From: an uncultured delta proteobacterium | GTDB lineage: Bacteria > Desulfobacterota > Binatia > UBA9968 | Direction: 5' to 3' | Assembly: GCA_963727625.1 (NCBI GenBank) | Contig: CAVSHR010000004.1 | Location: 1,472,001-1,536,000, forward strand | Length of the DNA: 64,000 bases | Shown here: positions 19,974 through 28,859 of the stretch, in pieces | Layout of the letters: each line of letters starts with the position of its first letter | How positions within the stretch are numbered: the stretch's first letter is position 1 | Notes under the pieces: model-generated | Database searches by the model: none | What the model saw: the letters and a program-made list of their open reading frames with translations, nothing else | Told to the model about the DNA's origin: nothing | Made by a program: the position numbers and the translations under genes

Positions 19974-22050
19974 GGAAAAGATTGGACTCCAGCATCTGGG
20001 GCGTGGAGCGAGAGTTTACGTGCGGCAGTCAACGCTGGACCAGGTGCGTCATAACCATGAGAGTCGTCGTCGGCAGTATGAATTAGCAGACCGAGCTCGC
20101 TCATTAGGCTGGAGCGAAGTGGAAGTCATCGATGAGGATCTCGGCAAATCGGCGGCGGGGAGCACCGAGCGCACGGGATTCCAGCGACTGGTGGCAGAGG
20201 TCGGTCTAGGACAAGTGGGAGCGGTGTTTAGCATCGAAGTTTCTCGTCTGGCTCGCAACAACCGAGACTGGTACCAGCTTTTGGATTTGTGTGGACTGAT
20301 GGACACGCTGATCGTGGATGGCGAGGCAATTTACGACACGCGCCAGCTCAACGATCGGCTTCTGTTGGGACTCAAGGGGACCATCAGCGAAGCGGAGCTT
20401 GGCTGGATTCGCCAGAGGGCGCAGGAAGGTCTTTTGGCCAAAGCCCGCCGCGGCGAGCTGATCTTGAGTCTTGCGGTGGGCTATGTCGAAAGCTCCGATG
20501 GTCGTGTGGAAAAGCATCCTGACCAGCGAGTTCAACAGGCGATTGCTCTGGTGTTTCAAAAGTTCTCTGAACTGCGCAGCGTGCGGCAAGTGCTATTGTG
20601 GTTCCGCCACGAAAAAATTCTTCTACCTGTGGCGCTCGATGCCAAAGCAGGAACGACGACCTGGCGGCTGCCGGTTTATAATACAATACTGAAGTTCTTG
20701 CAGAATCCATGCTACGCGGGAGCTTACGTCTTCGGGCGGACCACAGGACGCATCCGTGTTATCGATGGCAAAGCGCACAAGACGGCGGGACATCGTCGCG
20801 ATCGGCAGGATTGGATCGCGTTGCGACGCGATCACCACGAGGGCTATATTGCGTGGGAAACTTACGAAAACAATCAGCGCGCTATTGCCGAGAATGCTCA
20901 GATGAAAGGACTCATGAACCGAGGGGCCGTTAAGCGCGGCCCCAGCCTAATGGCAGGACTATTACTTTGCGGCAAGTGTGGCCGCAAAATCCATGTCGCT
21001 TACTCGGGGAGCCGTGGCCAGGTTCCACGATACTATTGTCGTGGGGCGCTGATTAATCATGGGGAGGGTGGGTGTATCTCGTTCGGTGGCCATCGTGTCG
21101 ACGAAGCGATCGAGCGAGAGGTGCTCCGCGTGCTGAGTCCTGGAGCAATTGAGGCCGCCCTCCATTCTGCAGATCAAGTGGTTGAGGATACCGATGAGAT
21201 CAGCCGGGCGGTCGAACTGGAACTTTCTCAGGCCTGCTACGAGCGAGACCGCGCACAACGACAGTACGACGCGGTAGAACCGGAGAATCGGTTGGTAGCA
21301 GAAACGCTTGAGAACCGTTGGAATCTGGCGCTGGAGCGCGTGCATCAGCTGGAACACCGGCTTGAAGAAATTAAGAGCAAGCAAAAAAATCAAGCCGTGC
21401 CGGATCGCGCCGAGCTGTTAGCTTTGGCTAAGAGTTTTCCTGCTTTGTGGTCTGATTCCGCTACGGATCATCTCATCAAAAAACGAATCGTGCGTCTGGT
21501 TATCTACCAGATTGTTGCGCGTCTGGTGGAGGATAACGTTGAGTTGGTAATCCACTGGCAAGGCGGCAAGCACACGACCCTAAGCGTGCGTAAGAATCAT
21601 ACGGGTCAACACCGTCATTCAACAAGCCGTGAAGTCGTCGACGTCGTCCGCGACCTTGCCCGCTGTCTACCCGATGGCCACATTGCCGGAGTGCTCAATC
21701 GACTGGGTTATCGAACTGGAGCAAACAATAGCTGGACGTTGTCTCGAGTTGTCAGTCTGCGAAGCCATCATAAGATCGCGGTGTTTGACCCCGAAGTCGA
21801 TGGTGTCACATCAATGACACTAGGCAAGGCCGCGGAAACGCTGGGCGTAAGTAATATGACCGTGCGACGCATGATCCAACGAGGCATTTTACCTGCTAAG
21901 CAGCCCGTAACGCATGCTCCTTGGTCGATTGCTCCCGAAACTTTGACAAGTGAACCAGTCAAGCGTGCGGTCCACGCAATCAAGCAAGGACGTGATCTTC
22001 CGCTAACAGCTTCAGACGATCAACTGGCCTTAATCAAATCAAGCACATAG
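19957..22050 (+). CDS. Large serine recombinase (catalytic, recombinase, Zn-ribbon, coiled coil, C-terminal HTH)
   Basis: YVRQS catalytic Ser, DEDLGKSA, SRLARN, CGKC...YYC...GC and terminal AAETLGVSNMTVRRMI. Start may be 19966. Confidence 0.95.
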   Translation: MMLMNKEKIGLQHLGRGARVYVRQSTLDQVRHNHESRRRQYELADRARSLGWSEVEVIDEDLGKSAAGSTERTGFQRLVAEVGLGQVGAVFSIEVSRLARNNRDWYQLLDLCGLMDTLIVDGEAIYDTRQLNDRLLLGLKGTISEAELGWIRQRAQEGLLAKARRGELILSLAVGYVESSDGRVEKHPDQRVQQAIALVFQKFSELRSVRQVLLWFRHEKILLPVALDAKAGTTTWRLPVYNTILKFLQNPCYAGAYVFGRTTGRIRVIDGKAHKTAGHRRDRQDWIALRRDHHEGYIAWETYENNQRAIAENAQMKGLMNRGAVKRGPSLMAGLLLCGKCGRKIHVAYSGSRGQVPRYYCRGALINHGEGGCISFGGHRVDEAIEREVLRVLSPGAIEAALHSADQVVEDTDEISRAVELELSQACYERDRAQRQYDAVEPENRLVAETLENRWNLALERVHQLEHRLEEIKSKQKNQAVPDRAELLALAKSFPALWSDSATDHLIKKRIVRLVIYQIVARLVEDNVELVIHWQGGKHTTLSVRKNHTGQHRHSTSREVVDVVRDLARCLPDGHIAGVLNRLGYRTGANNSWTLSRVVSLRSHHKIAVFDPEVDGVTSMTLGKAAETLGVSNMTVRRMIQRGILPAKQPVTHAPWSIAPETLTSEPVKRAVHAIKQGRDLPLTASDDQLALIKSST

Positions 22051-22079
22051 CGAGGTGGGCAGTATGTCACTCAATCGGG

Positions 22080-22403
22080 GGGCCCTAAAAAAAGCGCGTC
22101 TTCATGTTTGGCGATGAAGCCAGCCGTAGCCAGATCGAAGACCAGAGAGCGATTGAGCTTTTTGTTAAAGGCGAAGTCAAAATTCTCCAGGGTCTTCTGT
22201 GGATCACGAAACTGCGCTTGCTTTTGTCGGCGATCGAGCAGGCGGTTGGTTCTGCGCGAGAGTTCATCGCTGATCAGACAGGAGACCAGATCGATCGGCG
22301 CCATCGATTGGGCTTGGGCCTGGAGTAAGCGGGTCTCCAGCACGGCAGCGATGCCGCCCAGGCGCAGTTGTTTTAGGGCACGGTTAAGTTCAATCAGATT
22401 CAT
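22080..22403 (-). pseudogene. istB: IstB ATPase, N-terminal part
   Basis: MNLIELNRALKQLRL...KTLENFDF...ALFLGP. The reconstituted protein is 251 aa. Confidence 0.92.
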
Positions 22404-23799
22404 TTTGGTTCTCCTTGGTTTTGAGGTCGATAAGATCGCGATATTCGGACAATTCACGGATCAGCGGATCGACATGGCGTAGAGAGAGCTGGGGGTGGCG
22501 CTCCAGGTAGCGGCGCACGAAGCGGTAGTTCTCGACTCCCAGATCGAGGGCCGCAGCGCAGGCATCGTCGACGGCGGCCACACCATGTTTTTTGGCTAGC
22601 GCCACTACACCCAGAATGCGGCGAATGCCTGTCTCGGCTTCATTGCGAAAGATCGCCTCGCAGAGCTGACCGATGTGGGGACCGGCCTTGGCAGCGCGGG
22701 CCAACAGTTGCACGGTGGAGAGCGGAGCTTTGTTGGAGCGGTCTTCATCGTTGATGCGGTAGTTGCCTGGGAACTGACGCAGGTGTTCGCGCAAGAGCTG
22801 ATAGTTTCTCGGATCGAGGATACGGATATGCAGAGCATCCCATTGGACTTTGACCTGCCGGCCGATCCAGCCCGGTGGTAAGCCGTAGTAAGCACGCTCG
22901 ACTTCGACGCAGCCGTCGAGATGCACCACCCGCTCGCCATACTGGTAATAGCGAAACGGTTCGATCGGCAGTGGCTGCAACAACAGTTTTTCCTCGGCGA
23001 ACATGACTGCCACTTGGCGTTTGGTGGTGCCGTGGATGCGGGTATCGGCCCAGCGTTTCTCCCAGTGATCGAGATAGGCTTGGGCTTCCTCCAAGTTCTC
23101 GAAGCGCTGTCCCTTGAGCGGGGTTTTCTGCGCGTGCCCGACCCCCGACTCGACTTTGCCTTTTCGATCCGGATCTCGGACCCGGCACGGCATGGCCACC
23201 ACGCCGTAGTGTGAAAGGACATCGCGGTAGAGCGGATTAAGTGTCGGATCGTAGATGTCTGCGGCGAGCACGCCCTCGCGCAGATTGTCGAGCACCACCA
23301 CCCGCGGGCTGCCACCGAGCTGGCGAAAGGCTTTCTCGTGGAGCTCGGCCCACGTCTGAGAACTGGAGCGAAAGACCAGCAAGCGGACCGACTTGCGGCT
23401 GTAGCCCAGGGTCATGACGAACAGCCGAGTGCGTCGGTACTTGCCGCTCTTCTCCTCGCGCACCATCGGGCCGGTGCCGTAGTCGACCTGAACTTCTTCG
23501 CCAGGCGATGTCAGAATGATCCCGACGGCTTGAGGTGAGTGAGCGCCACGCAACTTACGGACGAAGCGTTTGACCGTTTGATAGCCGCCGTTATAGCCGT
23601 GGTGATCAACCAGGTCCTGCCAGATGGCCACGGCATTGCGCCCGCGGCTCAGTCCAACTTCGATGCTCTCGCGATACGGTTCACAGGCACTGGCAGTGGG
23701 CGATGGGTTGGCGGGTTGCGGTTCTGGCTTCTCCGGAGTTTGTCCTCCAGAGTCGGTGGTCACCTCATTGGCCGGTTTTGCCGCGGTCGAATTGGCCAC

Positions 23800-24925
23800 T
23801 ATCAATCGTTGCAAAAGTAATGGCTATTTGTAGGTAACTGGTGTAGAGTCTACTTATGCCAAGGAAAGCAAAGAAGAAGCCGGTAAGCGTTAGAGCGCAA
23901 GTCCGTTATGAGAAGCGGCGCATGGCAGTTGAAGCCCTGAGCAAAGGAGAGCTAGCTTCAGATGTGGCTCGAGTGATGAAGATTCCGCGAAGAACGCTAT
24001 TCACTTGGATAGCTCGCTACCGGCATGGAGGCGAGCATGCCTTGCAAGACCGCCAGAAGAGCGGGCGACCTCGAAAGGCCGAGGCGAAAGTTCTGCAATG
24101 GCTTTACGACGCGATTACACTGGGCGACCCGCGGCAATACCAATTGCCATATTGCCTGTGGACGCTGGCGATCGTGCGGCGATTGTTGAAGAAGGAGCAT
24201 GGCGTGGAAATGAGCAAGAGTGGAGTGAGCCGCATGCTCAAGCATTTGGGGCTGAGCCCACAGCGGCCAATTTACAGGAGCTACAAGCGCGATCCCGAGG
24301 AGATGAAGAAGTATCTGGATAAGACGTTTCCCGGCTTGCGGGCCAAAGCAGGTCGAATGGGGGCCGCGATCTACTTTGTGGATGAGGCGTCGGTCCGGTC
24401 GGACGCTCATCGCGGAACGACCTGGGGCAAGATCGGGCAGACCCCGGAGGCCGACGACAGTGGCGACCGCTTCAGCATCCGGCTCATCAGCGCAGTCAGC
24501 CCGCGTGGGGACATGAAATTCAGCAGCTTCACAGGCAGAATGAACGGCATCCGTTTTGTGAACTTTCTCAAGAAGCTCCATGCCGATGTCGGCCGCCCCA
24601 TCATCGTCATCGCGGACAACGCCAGCTACCACACTGGCGGGGTTGTCCAGCGCTACGTGAAGCAGACTCGCGGACAGGTCACTGTGGGAAGCCTGCCCAG
24701 ATACTCGCCAGAGCTCAATCCGGACGAACAAGTGTGGAATCATGCGAAGGCAAGACTCGCCAAGCTATTCGTGGCGACTAAGGATGAGTTCAAAGCGGCT
24801 CTATCCTCGATTCTGCTCTCGATTCAAAGGTCGACTGATCTTGTCCTCTCCTTCTTTCAGCTTCCTGACACCCAGTATGCTGCCAAAGCTGTCTTCTAGT
24901 GCATATACTTATGCAATGATTGATA
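23800..24925 (+). mobile_element. IS630-family insertion sequence, copy 2
   Basis: Same TIRs and length as copy 1, TA duplication. One synonymous difference noticed (16765 T vs 24452 C). Confidence 0.95.
23856..24899 (+). CDS. IS630 transposase
   Basis: Protein identical to 16169-17212. Confidence 0.95.
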   Translation: MPRKAKKKPVSVRAQVRYEKRRMAVEALSKGELASDVARVMKIPRRTLFTWIARYRHGGEHALQDRQKSGRPRKAEAKVLQWLYDAITLGDPRQYQLPYCLWTLAIVRRLLKKEHGVEMSKSGVSRMLKHLGLSPQRPIYRSYKRDPEEMKKYLDKTFPGLRAKAGRMGAAIYFVDEASVRSDAHRGTTWGKIGQTPEADDSGDRFSIRLISAVSPRGDMKFSSFTGRMNGIRFVNFLKKLHADVGRPIIVIADNASYHTGGVVQRYVKQTRGQVTVGSLPRYSPELNPDEQVWNHAKARLAKLFVATKDEFKAALSSILLSIQRSTDLVLSFFQLPDTQYAAKAVF

Positions 24926-25229
24926 GCTCACGGGTTGGGGTTGAGACTCCTCGTCGTCCCCAACGACCTGGACCGCGCACGGCGATGCCAGCCGCTTTCA
25001 GATAGGCGCTGGCGGTCTCACGGCGCACACTGGTCTGCTGCTCGATGCGCCGCAGCGACCACCCGAGGCGCCCAAGGGCTATTACTTGTTGTTTTGTTTC
25101 TTCGCTCAAGACATTGCTCATGGCGCGCGAGCCTAAAAGGCTTCGCCACGCTGTCAATGTCTCGAACGCTTTTACCGTTGGCCGGTTTTGAAGTGACCTT
25201 TAATGGCCGGTTTTGGGTGACCGCCGAGG

Positions 25230-26389
25230 CGGGCAACAGCTATGTGACGGCTGCATTTCGTGGCTCCGCGACTTTTGGGCCGGGAGAGGCCAATGAGACT
25301 ACCCTGACGTCTGTGCCTGTGGATGAGTTCGACATTTTTGTCGCGAAGTATGATTTGAACGGCTCATTTCTCTGGGCCAAGCGAGCCGGCGGCGCAAGCG
25401 TTGACGTTGGAAATCGTATCGCGGTGGATGGTTCCGGGAATAGCTATGCAACGGGATCTTTCGTTGACATGGCGATATTTGGACTCGGAGAAACCAACGA
25501 GACCACACTGGTATCCGCCGGTGCTGGAGACATCTTTGTCGCGAAGTTTGAAGCGGGCATGCCGCTAGTGAATTGTGCGACGCAATCTCTGCAAGCCGCC
25601 GTGAATAATGCCTTGCCCGGCCAGACGATAGCGGTCACCGGCACCTGCAACGAGAACATCCTCATCCGCAACGAAAAACAGCGGCTCGCCATCGACGGCG
25701 GCGGAACCGCGACGATCAACGGGCCGAACGTCAACAGCCCTGCCCTCAACGTACGCGGCAAAGGCATCTTGATTCAGAACCTGACCATAACAGGTGGGAG
25801 TGCTGGCATTCACGTCAACCGCGGCTCGAACGCGGTCATCAACAACAACCTGATCCAAAACAGCTCCGGCAACGGCGTGCTCGTTGACGAACTCGCCTTC
25901 TCGGTCCTCACCAACAACACGATCCAAAACCATCCCGGAGCCGGTATCATGGTGAGCCAGAGCTCCTCGGCGCGGATCGGGTTTAACCTGGACGCCGAGA
26001 CCACTGCCAGTCCCAATACAATTCAGAATAACGGTACCGGAGTGCTCATAAGCCAGGGCTCCAGCGCCAGGATCGTGGGGAACACTATCTCCGGGAACTC
26101 CGGCAGCGGGGTTTATGTGCTGAGAGACGCGGTAGCGGATATTTCGAGCAACACGATCGACGGCAATGGCGCCGATGGAATCCAGATCGAGGATAACTCC
26201 ATGGTTCAGCTCGGCGCGGACATCGGGACATCGATCTTCGAAGCGGCCAACAGCACCACCTCAAACAATACCGGCTTCGGGATTCGTTGCGCCAGCGGCA
26301 GTACCATCGATGGCCGGCTCGGCAGTTTAACCGGCAATCTCGGCTCAACGAGCTTTGAACCGAACTGCATTGATGATTCGGTGCCGTGA
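25230..26389 (+). pseudogene. 5'-truncated protein with SBBP-like propeller repeats and a right-handed beta-helix
   Basis: Repeats GNSYVT/GNSYATGSF, GE.NETTL and DIFVAK, then N/G-rich PbH1 repeats (NNTIQNN, GNTISGN). Starts mid-repeat at the IS21 end. Confidence 0.8.
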
Positions 26390-26469
26390 TGAGGTAATTG
26401 ATGAAGAAGGACATGGGGTAGCTAAGGTCTATTGTTGCAGCATTCTTGCTCCCGGTGTAACGGCCCATC

Positions 26470-26622
26470 ATGGCCCGACGGCTAAACATCGAGTATGCCG
26501 GCGCACTTTATCACGTGACATCCCGTAGCGACCGGCAAGAAACGATCTTCGACAACGATCAGGATCGAAGCGCTTTCATGAATATCCTGGGCGAAGTCGT
26601 CTCCCGGTTTCGCTGGCGCTGA
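26470..26622 (+). pseudogene. Y1/REP-associated tyrosine transposase, N-terminal fragment
   Basis: MARRLNIEYAGALYHVTSRSDRQETIFDNDQDR...FRWR* stops before the HUH motif. Confidence 0.8.
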
Positions 26623-26956
26623 AAGAGTTGGGGGGGGTCTCGCATAAGTTGTGCTTTATTTTTAGCGACGATCGCGTTAGGTCTTGCAGTACCGCAACGG
26701 GCGGTGCTTACTCCTGCGGGACTTTGTTGATTAACTTCCCAATCATAAAAATCTCGTAACGCCTCAACGCCAGCTCATAACCGCTGGTGGATGGTTAGAT
26801 GTAACCTTGAAACCAAGGCTAGCTCAGGACGACACTTACCTTGCCCCAACTCTGGCGAAACGAGCTATACCCTATTGATGAGAACTAAAAAGAAATTCGT
26901 TTAGTTTGTTCGTAGTTAGCGTCTGTCGTGTAGCACTGCACCAACCTGCGCATGAT

Positions 26957-27241
26957 TCACTGGATCGAAAGCCGCTTTTGGATTCTCTGGTAGACATCGC
27001 GCCGATTGATGATGGCAAAAATCAAAACCTCGGTTTTGACGACCTTGAATACTACCCGATAGTCTCCGACCCGCAGTTTCCAGTAGCCCTTCAACGTGCG
27101 CCGAAGAGGTTCGCCGTAACGTTCCGGTTCCGTGGACAAACGTGATTCGATCGCACGTTGAATGCGCTTGCTCATATCGCAGTTGAGCGCTGGAATATCC
27201 AGAGTCTTGACTTCGGGATGGTAGACGAGCGTAAAAGGCAT
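26957..27241 (-). CDS. RelE/ParE-family toxin
   Basis: GEPLRRTLKGYWKLRVGDYRVVF and RRDVY motifs. Confidence 0.9.
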   Translation of the reverse strand: MPFTLVYHPEVKTLDIPALNCDMSKRIQRAIESRLSTEPERYGEPLRRTLKGYWKLRVGDYRVVFKVVKTEVLIFAIINRRDVYQRIQKRLSIQ

Positions 27242-27256
27242 GCGATAGCGTGTTTC

Positions 27257-27487
27257 CTAGGATCCCCAGACCTGTTTATGGCTCAGCGCCCGGCGCCGCC
27301 GAAAAGTTTTTTCACGCTCCGCCGCCAGTTCCGCTAACGCGCTATCTTCTTGGCCTTCGAGCGCTTCTTTGACGAGGTCTCGGATCTTCAACGACAATGA
27401 GATGTCTTCACTTGCGGCCAAGCGTCGAACGCTGTCGTACAAGGGTTTTTCTAAGACTACATTGATTCGCGGGTTTTTTGTCGGCAT
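27257..27487 (-). CDS. RHH-type antitoxin
   Basis: 76 aa MPTKNPRINVVLE...LSHKQVW directly upstream of the RelE gene. Confidence 0.8.
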   Translation of the reverse strand: MPTKNPRINVVLEKPLYDSVRRLAASEDISLSLKIRDLVKEALEGQEDSALAELAAEREKTFRRRRALSHKQVWGS

Positions 27488-27642
27488 GAGTTTTCTCCTC
27501 GCCGGGAAGTGTAACACTTGTGCTGCACCTTCGCAATGTTTTGCGAAGGCGCTATTCTTTGAAAAGGACACAGATATATGGCGTAAGAGCAATTAATGTC
27601 TCAACTCCGCTGCCGTTGTAACGTCCAATCATGGCCCCACCT

Positions 27643-28012
27643 TTACGCGTCCAGTATTCGGCGTACTTTATCACGTGTCCTCCCACGGCGGGCGGACACG
27701 AGCCCTAGATCACTGGCCTCGTAAACCGTCAGCCGATAACAATGGGCTAAATCGTGACTGCCTCGGTACTCGTCGGCTCCCAGACTATAGGTCTCAATCC
27801 GTAAATCTAAAAAATTACCGAAGAGTTCGGAAACATCGTCAGCGATTAGCCTTACTTTCGTCACGAGAACATTGCCAACTTCGCAATTCAATAACTCTGG
27901 CGCAATGAGGGGTTCTTTACCGTTCAAGTGTTGTTCAAGGATTTCACTCGACCCGGGTGGAGGGCTCTTCCAGGAACCACCGAAGCACGACCGACGCATC
28001 GACTACCTTCAC
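27643..28012 (-). pseudogene. vapC: Frameshifted VapC PIN toxin
   Basis: GTG 28012 gives VKVVDASVVLRWFLEE then a stop. The PIN sequence (LIAPELLNCEVGNVL...LTVYEAS) continues in another frame. Confidence 0.8.
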
Positions 28013-28281
28013 CGGCTTTCCCGGCTTTGCCTCAACAGCTTAACGGCATCGAGCCCTTTGAGTTTAGCGGCATGCCGTTTTGTCCATTCGGTAATCTTCT
28101 CAACCGCCAAACGCAAACGTGTTTCTCGGCCTGATGTTCTGGTTTGATAATCCTGCGCTGGAACCAACACCGCGAGAGGCGTGTTGGCCCGGTAGATGGT
28201 GACGAAAGTACGCTTCTTGCTCACCAGAACGAGCACACTGCCAAACTGTTTGCGTACCTCAAGAGCGCTCATGGTTTTCAT
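28009..28281 (-). CDS. Phd/YefM-family antitoxin
   Basis: MKTMSALEVRKQFGSVL...PLAVLVP; 4-bp overlap with the vapC pseudogene. Confidence 0.75.
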   Translation of the reverse strand: MKTMSALEVRKQFGSVLVLVSKKRTFVTIYRANTPLAVLVPAQDYQTRTSGRETRLRLAVEKITEWTKRHAAKLKGLDAVKLLRQSRESR

Positions 28282-28326
28282 CAGGTCTCCAGTCCATTGA
28301 TGTATTAGCTATGATAGCCATCCATG

Positions 28327-28549
28327 CTACTCGGGATCAACTCCAACCCGCTCCCGCAGCGCTTCCAGCGTCGGCGCAATCGACGTGAACTCTTTTTCCG
28401 AGAATTGAATCGCTTCGGGCTGCTTCAAACCGTGGCCGGTGAGGTTGCATACGACCGTGTCGTCGCGGCCGATCACGCCGGTGACGCGGAGTTTTTTGCG
28501 GCGGCGACGGAAGTAACGGTCGCGGGCTCGGCGAAGATGCCGGCGAGGT
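28327..28549 (-). pseudogene. Duplicated 3' fragment of threonine synthase
   Basis: LAGIFAEP...VVCNLTGHGLKQPEAIQFSEKEF...* parallels 29325-29548, with a 1-nt deletion in an A run. Confidence 0.85.
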
Positions 28550-28626
28550 CTATTGTGGGACCGCCTTTCAATTGCGGATTCACCTCACATGCCCTATGAT
28601 TGTTGCAAATCTCCCGGGGTTTACTT

Positions 28627-28851
28627 TTGGCGATACATTTTAGCAGGCATGCGCGGCGCCAAATGAAATGGCGTCGTATTTCGGAAACCGAAGTCCTGGC
28701 AGTGCTTAATCATCCGGATCGAGTAGAAGAAAGCATCGACAATCGACGTAACGCCTATAAATCATTGGATAGCCGAATTTTGAAGGTCACTTATGCGGTA
28801 GAGTAAGAGGATGTTGTGGTGATAACCGTGATAGAAAAAGAAGGGATGTGA
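28627..28851 (+). pseudogene. DUF4258-like (RelE-fold) toxin with an internal stop
   Basis: HFSRHARRQMKWRRISE...KVTYAVE*EDVVVITVIEK, TAA at 28804-28806. Confidence 0.72.
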
Positions 28852-28859
28852 GCACAGTG

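Larger units (their letters stand above)
19478..22079 (+). mobile_element. Minimal large-serine-recombinase integrative element (about 2.6 kb) inserted in istB
   Basis: Bounded by the direct core CGGG (19478-19481 and 22076-22079). Removing it restores istB FLGPPGTGKS exactly. Confidence 0.9.
22390..25121 (-). pseudogene. istA: IstA transposase split by IS630 copy 2
   Basis: N-part 25121-24924 (MSNVLSEE...REL) joins in frame to 23799-22390 (VANSTAAKP...QVDYG...LDNLREGV...KGKVESGV), 535 aa when rejoined. Confidence 0.92.
18971..25229 (-). mobile_element. IS21-family element (about 2.54 kb after removing two nested insertions)
   Basis: Ends CCTCAATGGTCACTTCAAAACCGGCCATTA and (reverse complement) CCTCGGCGGTCACCCAAAACCGGCCATTA, each with two tandem GGTCA..AAAACCGGCCA units. 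Carries istA and istB. No target duplication. Confidence 0.9.

Noticed and set aside
24920-26389. 489-aa ORF as a complete gene
   Set aside because: Its first ~100 codons are the antisense of istA and the IS21 end; only 25230 onward is real coding sequence.
28804-28806. Recoding of the DUF4258 internal stop
   Set aside because: It is TAA and not at a Cys-equivalent position; a nonsense mutation or sequencing error is simpler.
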